Positions 36,937-45,706 of a stretch of DNA of 64,000 bases are shown here, piece by piece. Below the pieces are notes generated by a model. It had not been told where the DNA came from and made no database searches. It saw nothing but the letters and a program-made list of their open reading frames with translations. Both the position numbers and the translations under genes were made by a program. Each line of letters opens with the position of its first letter. Positions within the stretch are counted from its first letter, which is position 1. Source of the DNA: an uncultured Chloroflexia bacterium (GTDB taxonomy: Bacteria; Chloroflexota; Anaerolineae; JAAYZQ01); NCBI GenBank assembly GCA_963700285.1, contig CAVOXA010000001.1, positions 96,001-160,000 of the forward strand. Reading direction: 5' to 3'.

Positions 36937-38112
36937 CTAGGGATAGACCTGTACCCAATCGCCGGCCGCTACCTGAAAGATATAGATCTTTTGTTCCTGC
37001 AAATCACCTTCGGTGGAAAAGCTCAATGTACCCAGCGGCGTCTCGAGACCAGCCAGACCACGGATGGCTTCGGCAACCTGGGCTGCATCAAAGGTCTTGG
37101 CCTGCCTCACGCCCTCGGCCAGTACCTCCAGGGCGCTGTAGCCGTTGATGCTGTAGGTATCGGGGTTGCGGTACTCGACAGCCTGGTAGGCTTTGATCCA
37201 TGCCTCGTCGACAGCAGCCTGGGGACGGGGCCCAAAAGCAGAGACATACATCCCCTCAGCAGCACTGCCAGCCTCATCGATGGTGGCCGCCAAAAAGGCG
37301 CCATCGCTGGCCAGGAAGGGAGCCGTCAGCCCGGCCTCCACCAGCTCGATACGCAAATAAGGCGCTTCTATCTCATAGCCCGCATAAAAGACCGCGTCGG
37401 GTTGGGCAGCCAAGATCTGCGAGACCTCGTCTGGGAAGGTAGACTGCTCTACGGCGACCTGTAGGGACAGCACCACTTCTGCGCCCAGGGACTGCAGCTC
37501 GCTGGCCATCAGTTGGCCAAGGCCCTGGCCATACGGGTCATCGTTGTAGATGACGGCTATCTTTTTCGCTCCCAGGTTGTTGACCAGGAACTCGGCGTCC
37601 ACACGGGCTTGCGTTGCGTCGTTGGCGTTGACCCGAAAAAAGTTCCGGTAGCCTGCTTGGGTCAGGCTCACCTCGCTGGAGGTGGGGGTGATGACTACCA
37701 CTGGCAGATCCTCATAGACTTCCATGGCTGCCAGCGTCTGACCGCTGTTCAAGTGGCCGATTACGCCCAAAACCTTTTTGCCCTGGTTGATGGCGGATCC
37801 GACCTCGCCAGCAATGTCCACGGCTACGCCGGAATCAGCCTCGTCGTCCAGGCCCACGACTGTTACCTTGTAGTCCAACAATCCGCCAGCGCGGTTGATC
37901 TCCTCGGCAGCCAGGCGCGCCCCACCCAAGACCGTCTGTCCTCCATTGGCCATAAAGCCTGACAATGGCACGGCGACGTAGACGATGGCCTCACCCTTGT
38001 TTGGCTCTTTGGGCGCGCCACAGGCGCTCAACAGCAGGCAGCAAACAGCGAGCAACAAGATTGGTAGTTTGACTCGATCGTACAAGGGCCATAGTCCCTT
38101 CATGGATTTCAC
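36937..38112 (-). CDS. Branched-chain amino acid ABC substrate-binding lipoprotein (LivJ/K-like), no permeases in the window
   Basis: Lipobox LSAC, VPLSG, GARLAAEEIN..GG, GHLNSG, FRVNANDATQ. Confidence 0.88.
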   Translation of the reverse strand: MKSMKGLWPLYDRVKLPILLLAVCCLLLSACGAPKEPNKGEAIVYVAVPLSGFMANGGQTVLGGARLAAEEINRAGGLLDYKVTVVGLDDEADSGVAVDIAGEVGSAINQGKKVLGVIGHLNSGQTLAAMEVYEDLPVVVITPTSSEVSLTQAGYRNFFRVNANDATQARVDAEFLVNNLGAKKIAVIYNDDPYGQGLGQLMASELQSLGAEVVLSLQVAVEQSTFPDEVSQILAAQPDAVFYAGYEIEAPYLRIELVEAGLTAPFLASDGAFLAATIDEAGSAAEGMYVSAFGPRPQAAVDEAWIKAYQAVEYRNPDTYSINGYSALEVLAEGVRQAKTFDAAQVAEAIRGLAGLETPLGTLSFSTEGDLQEQKIYIFQVAAGDWVQVYP

Positions 38113-38120
38113 CTTCTGCC

Positions 38121-38999
38121 TCAGGGTCTGGAGCCCGACGGGCTCAGACCCAGGCCCAATGGATCAGTACCGGCCTGGTAGATCTGGTCCATGGTATGAA
38201 CCACATCTTGCAGGGCCTGGACTTGATCGGCGATGTCCTGTTGCAGGCGCTGAGCGCGGCCTGAGGCCACGTCCCGCGAGTTGAGGATCATCATCTGCGA
38301 GTAGACAGTGCCCATGGCCGTGATTGTGCTCTCCAGTTGAAACTCGGCCTGCTCCATGACGGTCTGTAGTTTGCGGAGGTTGTCCCGCTGGATCTGCCGC
38401 TGGGCAATGGCTTGGCTAATCTGGCGCTTGACGGCATCGTCGTCCTCCAGAGCGAGGCGCTTCTTGAGCCCATCAATGGCAGGTCCCACGGCCTGCATGT
38501 CCCTGTGGATCGTCTCATCGGCCTCATAGTCATCCAGACGCCTGGCCAGCTGAAAGACGTTTTCCATCCAGGCAGTCATGTCTTGGCTAACATCGGCCAT
38601 GTGGCTGCGCAGCACGCCCTCACGGCTGCCATCGATGGCGATGCCGATCCGGTCGCGATACTCAAGCGCCTGCTCGACCTGCCCACGCCGCTTTTTGTTC
38701 TTGATGTCCCGGGCGTCGAACTTGTCGTGGAACATTTCGGCCACAGCTTTGGCCCGGAACGCGGGATCCTTGATGCTGCTCCACACCATTGCCGCTTCGC
38801 CTAACGCACCCAGGGCGAGCCAAAACCACCACTGCCAGAACGGGAACAGCGCCGGTATCACCCCGGCCAAGGTCAGCGCCGCCAGCCCAACAGTCAGGGC
38901 GATGATCACGGCGCTCTCCCAACGATAGATGGCGCGGGTCAGGATTGCGCGGGTCGCCTTCCGCTCAAGTTCTTTCTGGAAGCTGTTGTTTGCCATCAT
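38121..38999 (-). CDS. Two-TM membrane protein with a long coiled coil
   Basis: Two N-terminal hydrophobic helices followed by an extended helical region; last gene before the SBP in the pspA run. Confidence 0.7.
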   Translation of the reverse strand: MMANNSFQKELERKATRAILTRAIYRWESAVIIALTVGLAALTLAGVIPALFPFWQWWFWLALGALGEAAMVWSSIKDPAFRAKAVAEMFHDKFDARDIKNKKRRGQVEQALEYRDRIGIAIDGSREGVLRSHMADVSQDMTAWMENVFQLARRLDDYEADETIHRDMQAVGPAIDGLKKRLALEDDDAVKRQISQAIAQRQIQRDNLRKLQTVMEQAEFQLESTITAMGTVYSQMMILNSRDVASGRAQRLQQDIADQVQALQDVVHTMDQIYQAGTDPLGLGLSPSGSRP

Positions 39000-39001
39000 G
39001 C

Positions 39002-40720
39002 TTAGAAATAGGTGGATAGGATCTTGTACAGATCCTCGATCGTCTCCAGGTCCCCCTGGCGAACCTGGCCGCCCGTTGACTCGGCGATGATGCGCAATAC
39101 CTGCATGTCCGCATCCTGGCCGTAGGCGATGGCAAAGACGACCACAGGAACTCCCGAATCATCCCTGAGTTCTTGAACCAAGTTGCTCAGGCTGATCCAA
39201 GAGTTATTCTCCCTACCATCCGTCATTACGACGACGGCGTTGATCCGTTCCCCGTCGCCCATCTCTTTGAGTTGCTGTTGGGCAACATATGTGGCGTCCA
39301 GCAGGGCAGTATCGCCTTCGGCCTCCAGACTGTCAACTGCCAGTTCCAGCGCGGTACGGTTGCGGCTCAGTTCATCCAGAGACACTATTGTGTTCACCTG
39401 CGACGCAAACTCGATCAACCCCACCCGCTCCTGCTCGCCCTTGATCTGGTCAAGAAAGATGCGCAGCGCCTCCTGGGCCTGGGCCAGCTTCTCGTCCCGC
39501 ATGCTTCCCGAAGTATCTACTACCAGGTAGACGTTGGTGTGGCGCTTGGTGTACCACCAAACGTCGCGCACCACTTCGATGATGCTGGCATTGGGCACTT
39601 GGAGTGACGTCTTGGGCTCGGACGGATCCACGCCATTGGGCGCTGTCAGTGGCGACGCAGGCCCGTCCAAAGGGATGGAGAGATCGGCTGGCCGGTATCC
39701 ATAGCTCAGGATGATCTGCTGCGCTTCAGGTGAGAGCAGGTAATCGCGGAACTGGGCAAAGGTCTGACGCTGGAGTGGGGTCAGGTCGCCGGTTTCTAGC
39801 AGGGCCAACGGGTGATCTTCCCACAGGGCGCCCTCGGCGGGGTGGATCGCGACCAGTTTCTCCTGCCCTCCTCCCCGTCGCGTGTTAAAGTGGATCACCA
39901 TCTGTTCCTGGACGACAAAGGCGTCCAAAAAATCGCGTCCTTCCAACAACGCTCTCTCAATGATGGCTGGTTCGTCGCCCTCACCATAGTAGCGCACGGT
40001 CTTTTCCAGCGCGGCCACATAGTCCAAGGTCTCCTGGGCCGTGACATCTTTGATGGTCAGTCCCCGAGTCTTGCCCGCACCGGCATAGAACTCGGCAAGG
40101 GTGGCCAGCAGGCCACTGGCGGAACTGGTGGATGGGTGGCTCCACCGGAAATCGGGATCAGCCTGTGCCCGGTCGAGCAGATCCTGCCAACTGATGGGCT
40201 GGTCGGGCCAGCCCATCTCACGGGCAACCCCTTCCCACATGGCAATGACCACCGGACTGACGGCGTAGCGCGCCGTTTCACCTACCGCCTCGCTGCCAGC
40301 CTGTTCATACCAGGCACTGTCAAGCTGCCCCAACCATACGGACGAGTCGGGCGTCATCACCTGGAAAGAAGCGCCTCCCTCAAGTACGGTATTGACCATC
40401 GCCTCGGGATCAAGCGGCACGGCATCGACCGTCACGCTCTGCCCCTCTGCCGTTTCCAGTCCTTGTTCATTGAACCGGTCCACCAATTCCCTGAAAACCG
40501 GTTCTTTCTCCGGTGAATAGGAAATGGTCAGGGCCGCTTCTGGAGCGGGGATGGTTGGCTCTTCGTCGCCATCGAATAGCCGGCTGAGTAGCGCGTAGGT
40601 GCCACAGCAGAGGCCGATCATCAAGAACAGGAGGACGAGTAGCACGACCAGTACCGTGCGCACATTCGAGTCCGAACGCTGTCTAGAACTCCTACTCATT
40701 CTTGCCTGCCTTTTCATCAC
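39002..40720 (-). CDS. Membrane-anchored solute-binding domain plus vWA domain protein
   Basis: SPVVIAMW, HPST.SASG; MIDAS VVDTSGSM, T.LLDA, VMTDGREN. Confidence 0.88.
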   Translation of the reverse strand: MMKRQARMSRSSRQRSDSNVRTVLVVLLVLLFLMIGLCCGTYALLSRLFDGDEEPTIPAPEAALTISYSPEKEPVFRELVDRFNEQGLETAEGQSVTVDAVPLDPEAMVNTVLEGGASFQVMTPDSSVWLGQLDSAWYEQAGSEAVGETARYAVSPVVIAMWEGVAREMGWPDQPISWQDLLDRAQADPDFRWSHPSTSSASGLLATLAEFYAGAGKTRGLTIKDVTAQETLDYVAALEKTVRYYGEGDEPAIIERALLEGRDFLDAFVVQEQMVIHFNTRRGGGQEKLVAIHPAEGALWEDHPLALLETGDLTPLQRQTFAQFRDYLLSPEAQQIILSYGYRPADLSIPLDGPASPLTAPNGVDPSEPKTSLQVPNASIIEVVRDVWWYTKRHTNVYLVVDTSGSMRDEKLAQAQEALRIFLDQIKGEQERVGLIEFASQVNTIVSLDELSRNRTALELAVDSLEAEGDTALLDATYVAQQQLKEMGDGERINAVVVMTDGRENNSWISLSNLVQELRDDSGVPVVVFAIAYGQDADMQVLRIIAESTGGQVRQGDLETIEDLYKILSTYF

Positions 40721-40794
40721 ACCCAGACTCCAAGACCTGTGGTTCTCAAGATAGGGATGGTGAAGGCCGGGTGCGGGCTATGGGATGTTGGACG

Positions 40795-41985
40795 TTATCG
40801 TCCAGCCACGTTGAGATCGAACCAGCGCAACAGAGCCTGGAGTACGTCCCTATCGGGCGATCGCATGGCCGTGGTACGGGGGACCACTCCGAGCACACCC
40901 TGGCTTGCCCATTGGTCAAAGAGGCTGTCCTCGCCGGTCACTGGCACCTCGGGGTTCGCCGGTCGCAGGCCATAGGCCAGCGCCTGTTTTTGTACTTTCT
41001 CTGACAACAGGTATCTTTCAAATTCCAATGCGGCGTTCTTTTCAGCGGCCGATGTCTCGGGGCCCATCCACACCGTAAAAGGAAAATCAAACCAGGTCAC
41101 ATATTCTGGGTATACGAGGCGTAACGGATCGGCCCAGCGGGTCTGGATGCCCTGCATGTTGACCAGCAGGTCGCTCTCGAGCAATTGCCCGGCATCTCCG
41201 GTCGTGTAGCCAAAGAGGGCCAGGTCAGACACAGTATAGGTCCCGCCCGACAGGTCGCTCATGGAACTCATGATCTCGCCCAGCCAGGCTTGGAACTCTG
41301 GATCGGTCACGTCCTCGACGCTAATGTTGGTCCGGCCATAGTACTCACCAGCTGCCGCAACCATGGCCGCCAGACCACTGATGTTCTTACGTGGATTGGA
41401 TATGGCCAACTTGAAGTAGCCCCAATCGCTCTCTCCTTCCAGCTCCCCCCAGCCACCAGGGGCGATGGCCGCGTCGTGGATCGTTTGCCAGGAGATCTCG
41501 TCGTATCGTTCTTCCAGCACGTCCGCACGACTGTCATAGATGCCCCAGGCTAGCAGCGAGATGGCCAGTGGCCGCGCACGATACTCCCCATCGGTAAGAA
41601 AGACGTCACGGCCTAGCCGTTCCTTGTAGGCCGCGTTGACCAGTTCCACCAGGTAGCGGCTGTCGGGGATCCAGACGGTAGGCAAGGGGTCCAGTTCATC
41701 CCGTTCGTAACGCCCTTTAGCGGTCAGACCATCCATGGGAGTGACTGTCACCTGGATAGGGCGGCCTTCCAGCGTATGCCCTTCAGCGTTGAACTGGTGG
41801 GCAGCTTCTTGTACCCAGTCCGCCACTGGCAAAGCGGAAGCGATCTGTACTTCCAAGGTCTCGTCACTGGCCTCGGGCGCCAGCGGGTCTGGCTGTTTGT
41901 TCACCTGACTCCAGATCAACCCGCCAGCGACGATCACGATGGCCAGGCCAATGATCACAAAGAAAATGATGCGTGTTCGGTTCAT
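40795..41985 (-). CDS. Membrane-anchored solute-binding protein, paralogous to the SBP part of the vWA protein
   Basis: VWIPDS, WGYFKLAISNP, YLLS..VQ..AL.YGLRPA. Confidence 0.75.
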   Translation of the reverse strand: MNRTRIIFFVIIGLAIVIVAGGLIWSQVNKQPDPLAPEASDETLEVQIASALPVADWVQEAAHQFNAEGHTLEGRPIQVTVTPMDGLTAKGRYERDELDPLPTVWIPDSRYLVELVNAAYKERLGRDVFLTDGEYRARPLAISLLAWGIYDSRADVLEERYDEISWQTIHDAAIAPGGWGELEGESDWGYFKLAISNPRKNISGLAAMVAAAGEYYGRTNISVEDVTDPEFQAWLGEIMSSMSDLSGGTYTVSDLALFGYTTGDAGQLLESDLLVNMQGIQTRWADPLRLVYPEYVTWFDFPFTVWMGPETSAAEKNAALEFERYLLSEKVQKQALAYGLRPANPEVPVTGEDSLFDQWASQGVLGVVPRTTAMRSPDRDVLQALLRWFDLNVAGR

Positions 41986-42037
41986 AACCGTGTCCTTAAT
42001 GCCTCAAGAATCCTGCATTACTCCATCGCACCGAATA

Positions 42038-42715
42038 TTAGTCTAACCTCAGACGCGCCTTGCGCTCGGCCAGTTGGGATTCCAGGGCACGCTGCTCCAA
42101 GACCTCGTCCATCTGGGCATCCAGGCTGCTGGCCTGCATCTCGCTCTGTGCCGTGGCCTTGTCCAGCCTGGCCCGGATCCCTTCGGCTACACGCGCGATG
42201 TCGTCGTCACCCGAACCAGTCAGGTCGTCCAGGGACTTGTAGGTCTTGGCCGTCAGCTCCTTGGAGCGAGCCAGATCCAGAAGGGCTTGCAGTTCCTCCC
42301 GTTCCTGCTTGACCTCGGTCAACTTGGCTTCCAGCTTCAGGCGGACTTCTTGCAGGCTTTGGAATTCGGCCTCTTGGCGTTCCAGTACTTGCTCGTAGTT
42401 CTGGATCAAGCGATTGGTCGAGTTCAGCCTGCTCTGGGCGGCCAAGGCCAGGTCATCTTTGCCCTCTCGCAGGAAAATGTCAATGTTGCGGTCGAGGTCG
42501 CTAGCCTTCTGGTCCAGAACTGTCTTCTTGCGGCGCAGAGTCTTGACTTCGCCGCCGACCGTAGCGACGGCGTCCTCCAAGTTCTCCAGGTTGTCTTCCA
42601 CCTCTCGAACGTACTGGTCAAAGACGGCCAAGGAGTTGGCCTTGAGTGCCACGTCTACCATCGCGTGCAGGTTGGCCGAAATCAGCGTCTGAACCTTTTC
42701 CAACAGGCTTGCCAT
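42038..42715 (-). CDS. pspA: PspA/IM30 (bacterial ESCRT-III) family protein
   Basis: Amphipathic start MASLLEKVQTLISANLH..VD, G.DDLA..A, 225-aa coiled coil ending LAERKARL. Confidence 0.85.
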   Translation of the reverse strand: MASLLEKVQTLISANLHAMVDVALKANSLAVFDQYVREVEDNLENLEDAVATVGGEVKTLRRKKTVLDQKASDLDRNIDIFLREGKDDLALAAQSRLNSTNRLIQNYEQVLERQEAEFQSLQEVRLKLEAKLTEVKQEREELQALLDLARSKELTAKTYKSLDDLTGSGDDDIARVAEGIRARLDKATAQSEMQASSLDAQMDEVLEQRALESQLAERKARLRLD

Positions 42716-42980
42716 GAATTGTCCCTCCTACTCAACCTGATAGAAGATTCGTCTTTTCTGCCAAAGCCCTATGACGCCCCGCAAAAGAACGCCAGAGAAG
42801 AGCTTTTTCGTCGACTCATTCTACCATTGACCGCCATGCCTTGCATGACCGGCTGCTGACAGCCTGCTGACGATGGGGGGGCTCGGTCTGAAGACTGTCA
42901 CCCACTGTTTTCCAAGCATCGGCCCGAAAAAGGCTCTGCGTCCCGCTGATTGGGACTTGGAGCGACTGACAGCATAGGTT

Positions 42981-44357
42981 TTAGGACGTGACCAGCTTGT
43001 AGCCCCTCCCTCGTACGGTGACGATGTAGCGGGGGTTTCGCGGATCCGGTTCAAGCTTGGCCCGCAACCTGCTTAGCAGCTTGTCAATACGGGCATCGTC
43101 TACCTGGTCGATATACTCCTCGCCCCACACCGCTTCGACGATCTGGTACTTGTCACAGATTTTGTTCAGGCGGCCGTAGAGCAAGAGGAGCAGGCGGTAC
43201 TCGAGCTCGGTCAGGGTGGCGGTCTGGCGGCTATCCACCCAAACACTGCCACTTTCGACATCCACACGTACACCCTCGTGGCGCCGTCGTCGGGTCAGGC
43301 GCTGGCGACGGACAAAGCCTTCGAATACAGGGGAGAGGAGGATATCCTCCTCCCTGCGGATCAACCCCTTGTTCCGCAAGGAATCCAGTGTGCGTTCATC
43401 CAGGTCTTCTTCACTGCCAACAATGGTCATCAGTGCATCCTGCTGTACCTCGGTCAGGTCAGTCCATAGCTTGCGGCATTCGGCCTGAATATTGATGTCA
43501 CTGTCGAGTTGTTCTCGTACCTGACGGTGGATCAACCAGTCCTGGCCCTCATCCCGTACCGGCTCGCCGGTGACCTCGCCCAACGCCCGGCAGACAGCTA
43601 GCAACAATCCCTGGTGGCCGTCTGCGTGATGGTACAGAAAAGCCCGGTCTTGGTCGTCAAAAGTGTAGCCCTCCTGGATCGCGACCCAAGTGATGATTTG
43701 ATCCACGTCGGCCCTGTTCAGCGGCCCAAGGAAACGCGTAAATGGCTGAAACAGCTCAACGAATTCATCCACATCCCTCCCGCGGCGGATGTTCGATAGC
43801 CTACGGTTGGTGGCCGTCACATAGTTCAGCCGTTCGCGATACTTGTCCTTGAGCGCCCGGAGATTCAAAAAGGCCCGCCCGTCGATCTGCTCAAAGGGTT
43901 CGTCGAACTCGTCAAAGAGCAGCACCAGGTTCCTGGTCGCCTCCCGGCACACGGCCGTCAGCCCCTCACTGAAACTGAGCGAGATCTGAAAAACGGTGGG
44001 CGGGGAAACCAACGTCTGGTATGCGCTCTGCAACTGGGGCAAGAACTCTGCACTGGGATCCTGGATCGTCAACTCTTCCAGCAGGCAGCGCAGAATGAGT
44101 TCGTAGAACCCTTGCTCGGACGCCTCCAGCATCAAGTTAAAATCCACATAGACAAAGATTCGTTCGTCATCATCAAGGCGAGTGGGTCTGGCGGATTGGT
44201 CGTCCAGCAACCAATCCCTGGTCTCAAGGCGAGCCAGCGAGCGCAACAAATGCGACTTGCCCGTGTTGCTCAGGCCAACCACGGCACAGCAATCGCCTTC
44301 GGTAATCCTCTGCAGGATGTAAGTGCTGTCTTCCTGACGCAGTCTATCTGGTAGCAT
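42981..44357 (-). CDS. P-loop ATPase (STAND/AAA-like) with C-terminal OmpR-type winged helix
   Basis: GLSNTGKS, LLFDEFD, RLRAKLEPDP..PRYIVTVRGRGY. Confidence 0.85.
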   Translation of the reverse strand: MLPDRLRQEDSTYILQRITEGDCCAVVGLSNTGKSHLLRSLARLETRDWLLDDQSARPTRLDDDERIFVYVDFNLMLEASEQGFYELILRCLLEELTIQDPSAEFLPQLQSAYQTLVSPPTVFQISLSFSEGLTAVCREATRNLVLLFDEFDEPFEQIDGRAFLNLRALKDKYRERLNYVTATNRRLSNIRRGRDVDEFVELFQPFTRFLGPLNRADVDQIITWVAIQEGYTFDDQDRAFLYHHADGHQGLLLAVCRALGEVTGEPVRDEGQDWLIHRQVREQLDSDINIQAECRKLWTDLTEVQQDALMTIVGSEEDLDERTLDSLRNKGLIRREEDILLSPVFEGFVRRQRLTRRRRHEGVRVDVESGSVWVDSRQTATLTELEYRLLLLLYGRLNKICDKYQIVEAVWGEEYIDQVDDARIDKLLSRLRAKLEPDPRNPRYIVTVRGRGYKLVTS

Positions 44358-44489
44358 CTCTCTCTCTTTCGGCCCAAGTCAAGATACGACCTGGCCCCAT
44401 CCTTTCCTGTAGCGCAAAGTACCGGCTCGGGACAAGGGGCTATCCCCGCCACGGGGCGGCAGGCCCGAAAATCGCGCCCAGATCAGAGA

Positions 44490-45602
44490 TCAGCGGACAA
44501 GCCCAAGGTTGGCCAGTAGGATGCAGGCCAACTCACCGCCATCCAATTCTACCACAGCGACCGGCAATCTGATACCCGAGTCAACCCTCTGTGGCAAGGC
44601 AGGCAGTTCGAGTACTGTGCCCACCACCCCCTGGTAGGGCGCCCGCAAGCCCCGGACGCGCATCCCCACCTGTACCGGTCGGGGATCGGGCTCCTGCGGT
44701 TCTGCATCCTGGGCTGCGTCGCAGGGTATGAACACATTTGGACGCCTACTTTCCCAGCCTGACGGGCCATCTGCGGTGATCGCCGCATTGCGCCCTTCAT
44801 TGGCCTGAAACAAGGTGAAGGCTTCGTGACGCATGCCAAATGCCCCGAACCCTTCGGTCACCAATACGGGGCAGGGCAACGCTTCTAGCCGTGGACGCAG
44901 CCCAGCGTCCACGCTTCCCACGACCAGTCCCCCAATCTGGGTGTCTACTGCCTTGTCCAGGGCTGCTTCGTCCATGATGGCTCCGCCCACTGCCAAGGTC
45001 TTGTGGCCGTATCTGGGGCTGTCGCCGGGACCATCGCCGGTATCTTCCGCGTCAAACGAATCGGCCGTCAGCAGCTGCTCGGGTTCATCTACCAGTACTC
45101 GAAGTATGCCAGCGGCCTCACCACCACTCCCCCACAAGCCCTGGATCAATGCTCCTACCGCGGAGATGACCGCGCCTCGTCCAGGGACAACGTCCGTGAC
45201 GCGTCCGGTGATTTGAGATCGCAGCTCAAGCGTGGTGGCTTCCGCTTCGACCAGGACCGCGCCGTGGCGTATGGCCACCACCTGTCCATCCACTGGTGCC
45301 TGGCAGCGGCGGCTCCGCCAACTGAACCGGCTCTCTCGTTCCGCCAGTACGTCGTTGGCCCGGACAAGGTCACCGACGTTCTGCCTCACATACTGAACGA
45401 CCTGCTCACGGTTGATACCCAGAGCCAGGCTCACATCAGCTACCCAGACTTTGCCTGGCATCTGGCAACGGGCTATTGTGCCGCCTGGTTCTACCCCGTC
45501 GCCCGGCTGTACCAAGACCTCTCCAGGAACGGGCAGGAGTCGTTCTCGCCGGATGATTGTCAGGGGCAAGCTCTGAGACCCTGCGGAATAGCAGGTGGGC
45601 AT
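44490..45602 (-). CDS. Barrel-sandwich-hybrid-domain protein, partner of the GlmL-like gene
   Basis: RERLLPVPGEVLV..G..V, APVDGQV, IQGLWG.GGE, VTEGFG, KOW-like C-terminus. Confidence 0.65.
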   Translation of the reverse strand: MPTCYSAGSQSLPLTIIRRERLLPVPGEVLVQPGDGVEPGGTIARCQMPGKVWVADVSLALGINREQVVQYVRQNVGDLVRANDVLAERESRFSWRSRRCQAPVDGQVVAIRHGAVLVEAEATTLELRSQITGRVTDVVPGRGAVISAVGALIQGLWGSGGEAAGILRVLVDEPEQLLTADSFDAEDTGDGPGDSPRYGHKTLAVGGAIMDEAALDKAVDTQIGGLVVGSVDAGLRPRLEALPCPVLVTEGFGAFGMRHEAFTLFQANEGRNAAITADGPSGWESRRPNVFIPCDAAQDAEPQEPDPRPVQVGMRVRGLRAPYQGVVGTVLELPALPQRVDSGIRLPVAVVELDGGELACILLANLGLVR

Positions 45603-45706
45603 TTCTTCTCCGAAAGGTTTGCGGTACAGCCAGCTTTCCAGCCGATACAGTCCTGTCCGGTTGCGGTTCTGAAAATACAGGACATCGACCCCGACCTACA
45701 GCCTCG

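Noticed and set aside
42770-42815. Weak direct repeats upstream of pspA (TTCTCTGGCG/TTCTTTTGCG on the minus strand)
   Set aside because: Only two imperfect copies; not distinguishable from chance without comparative data.
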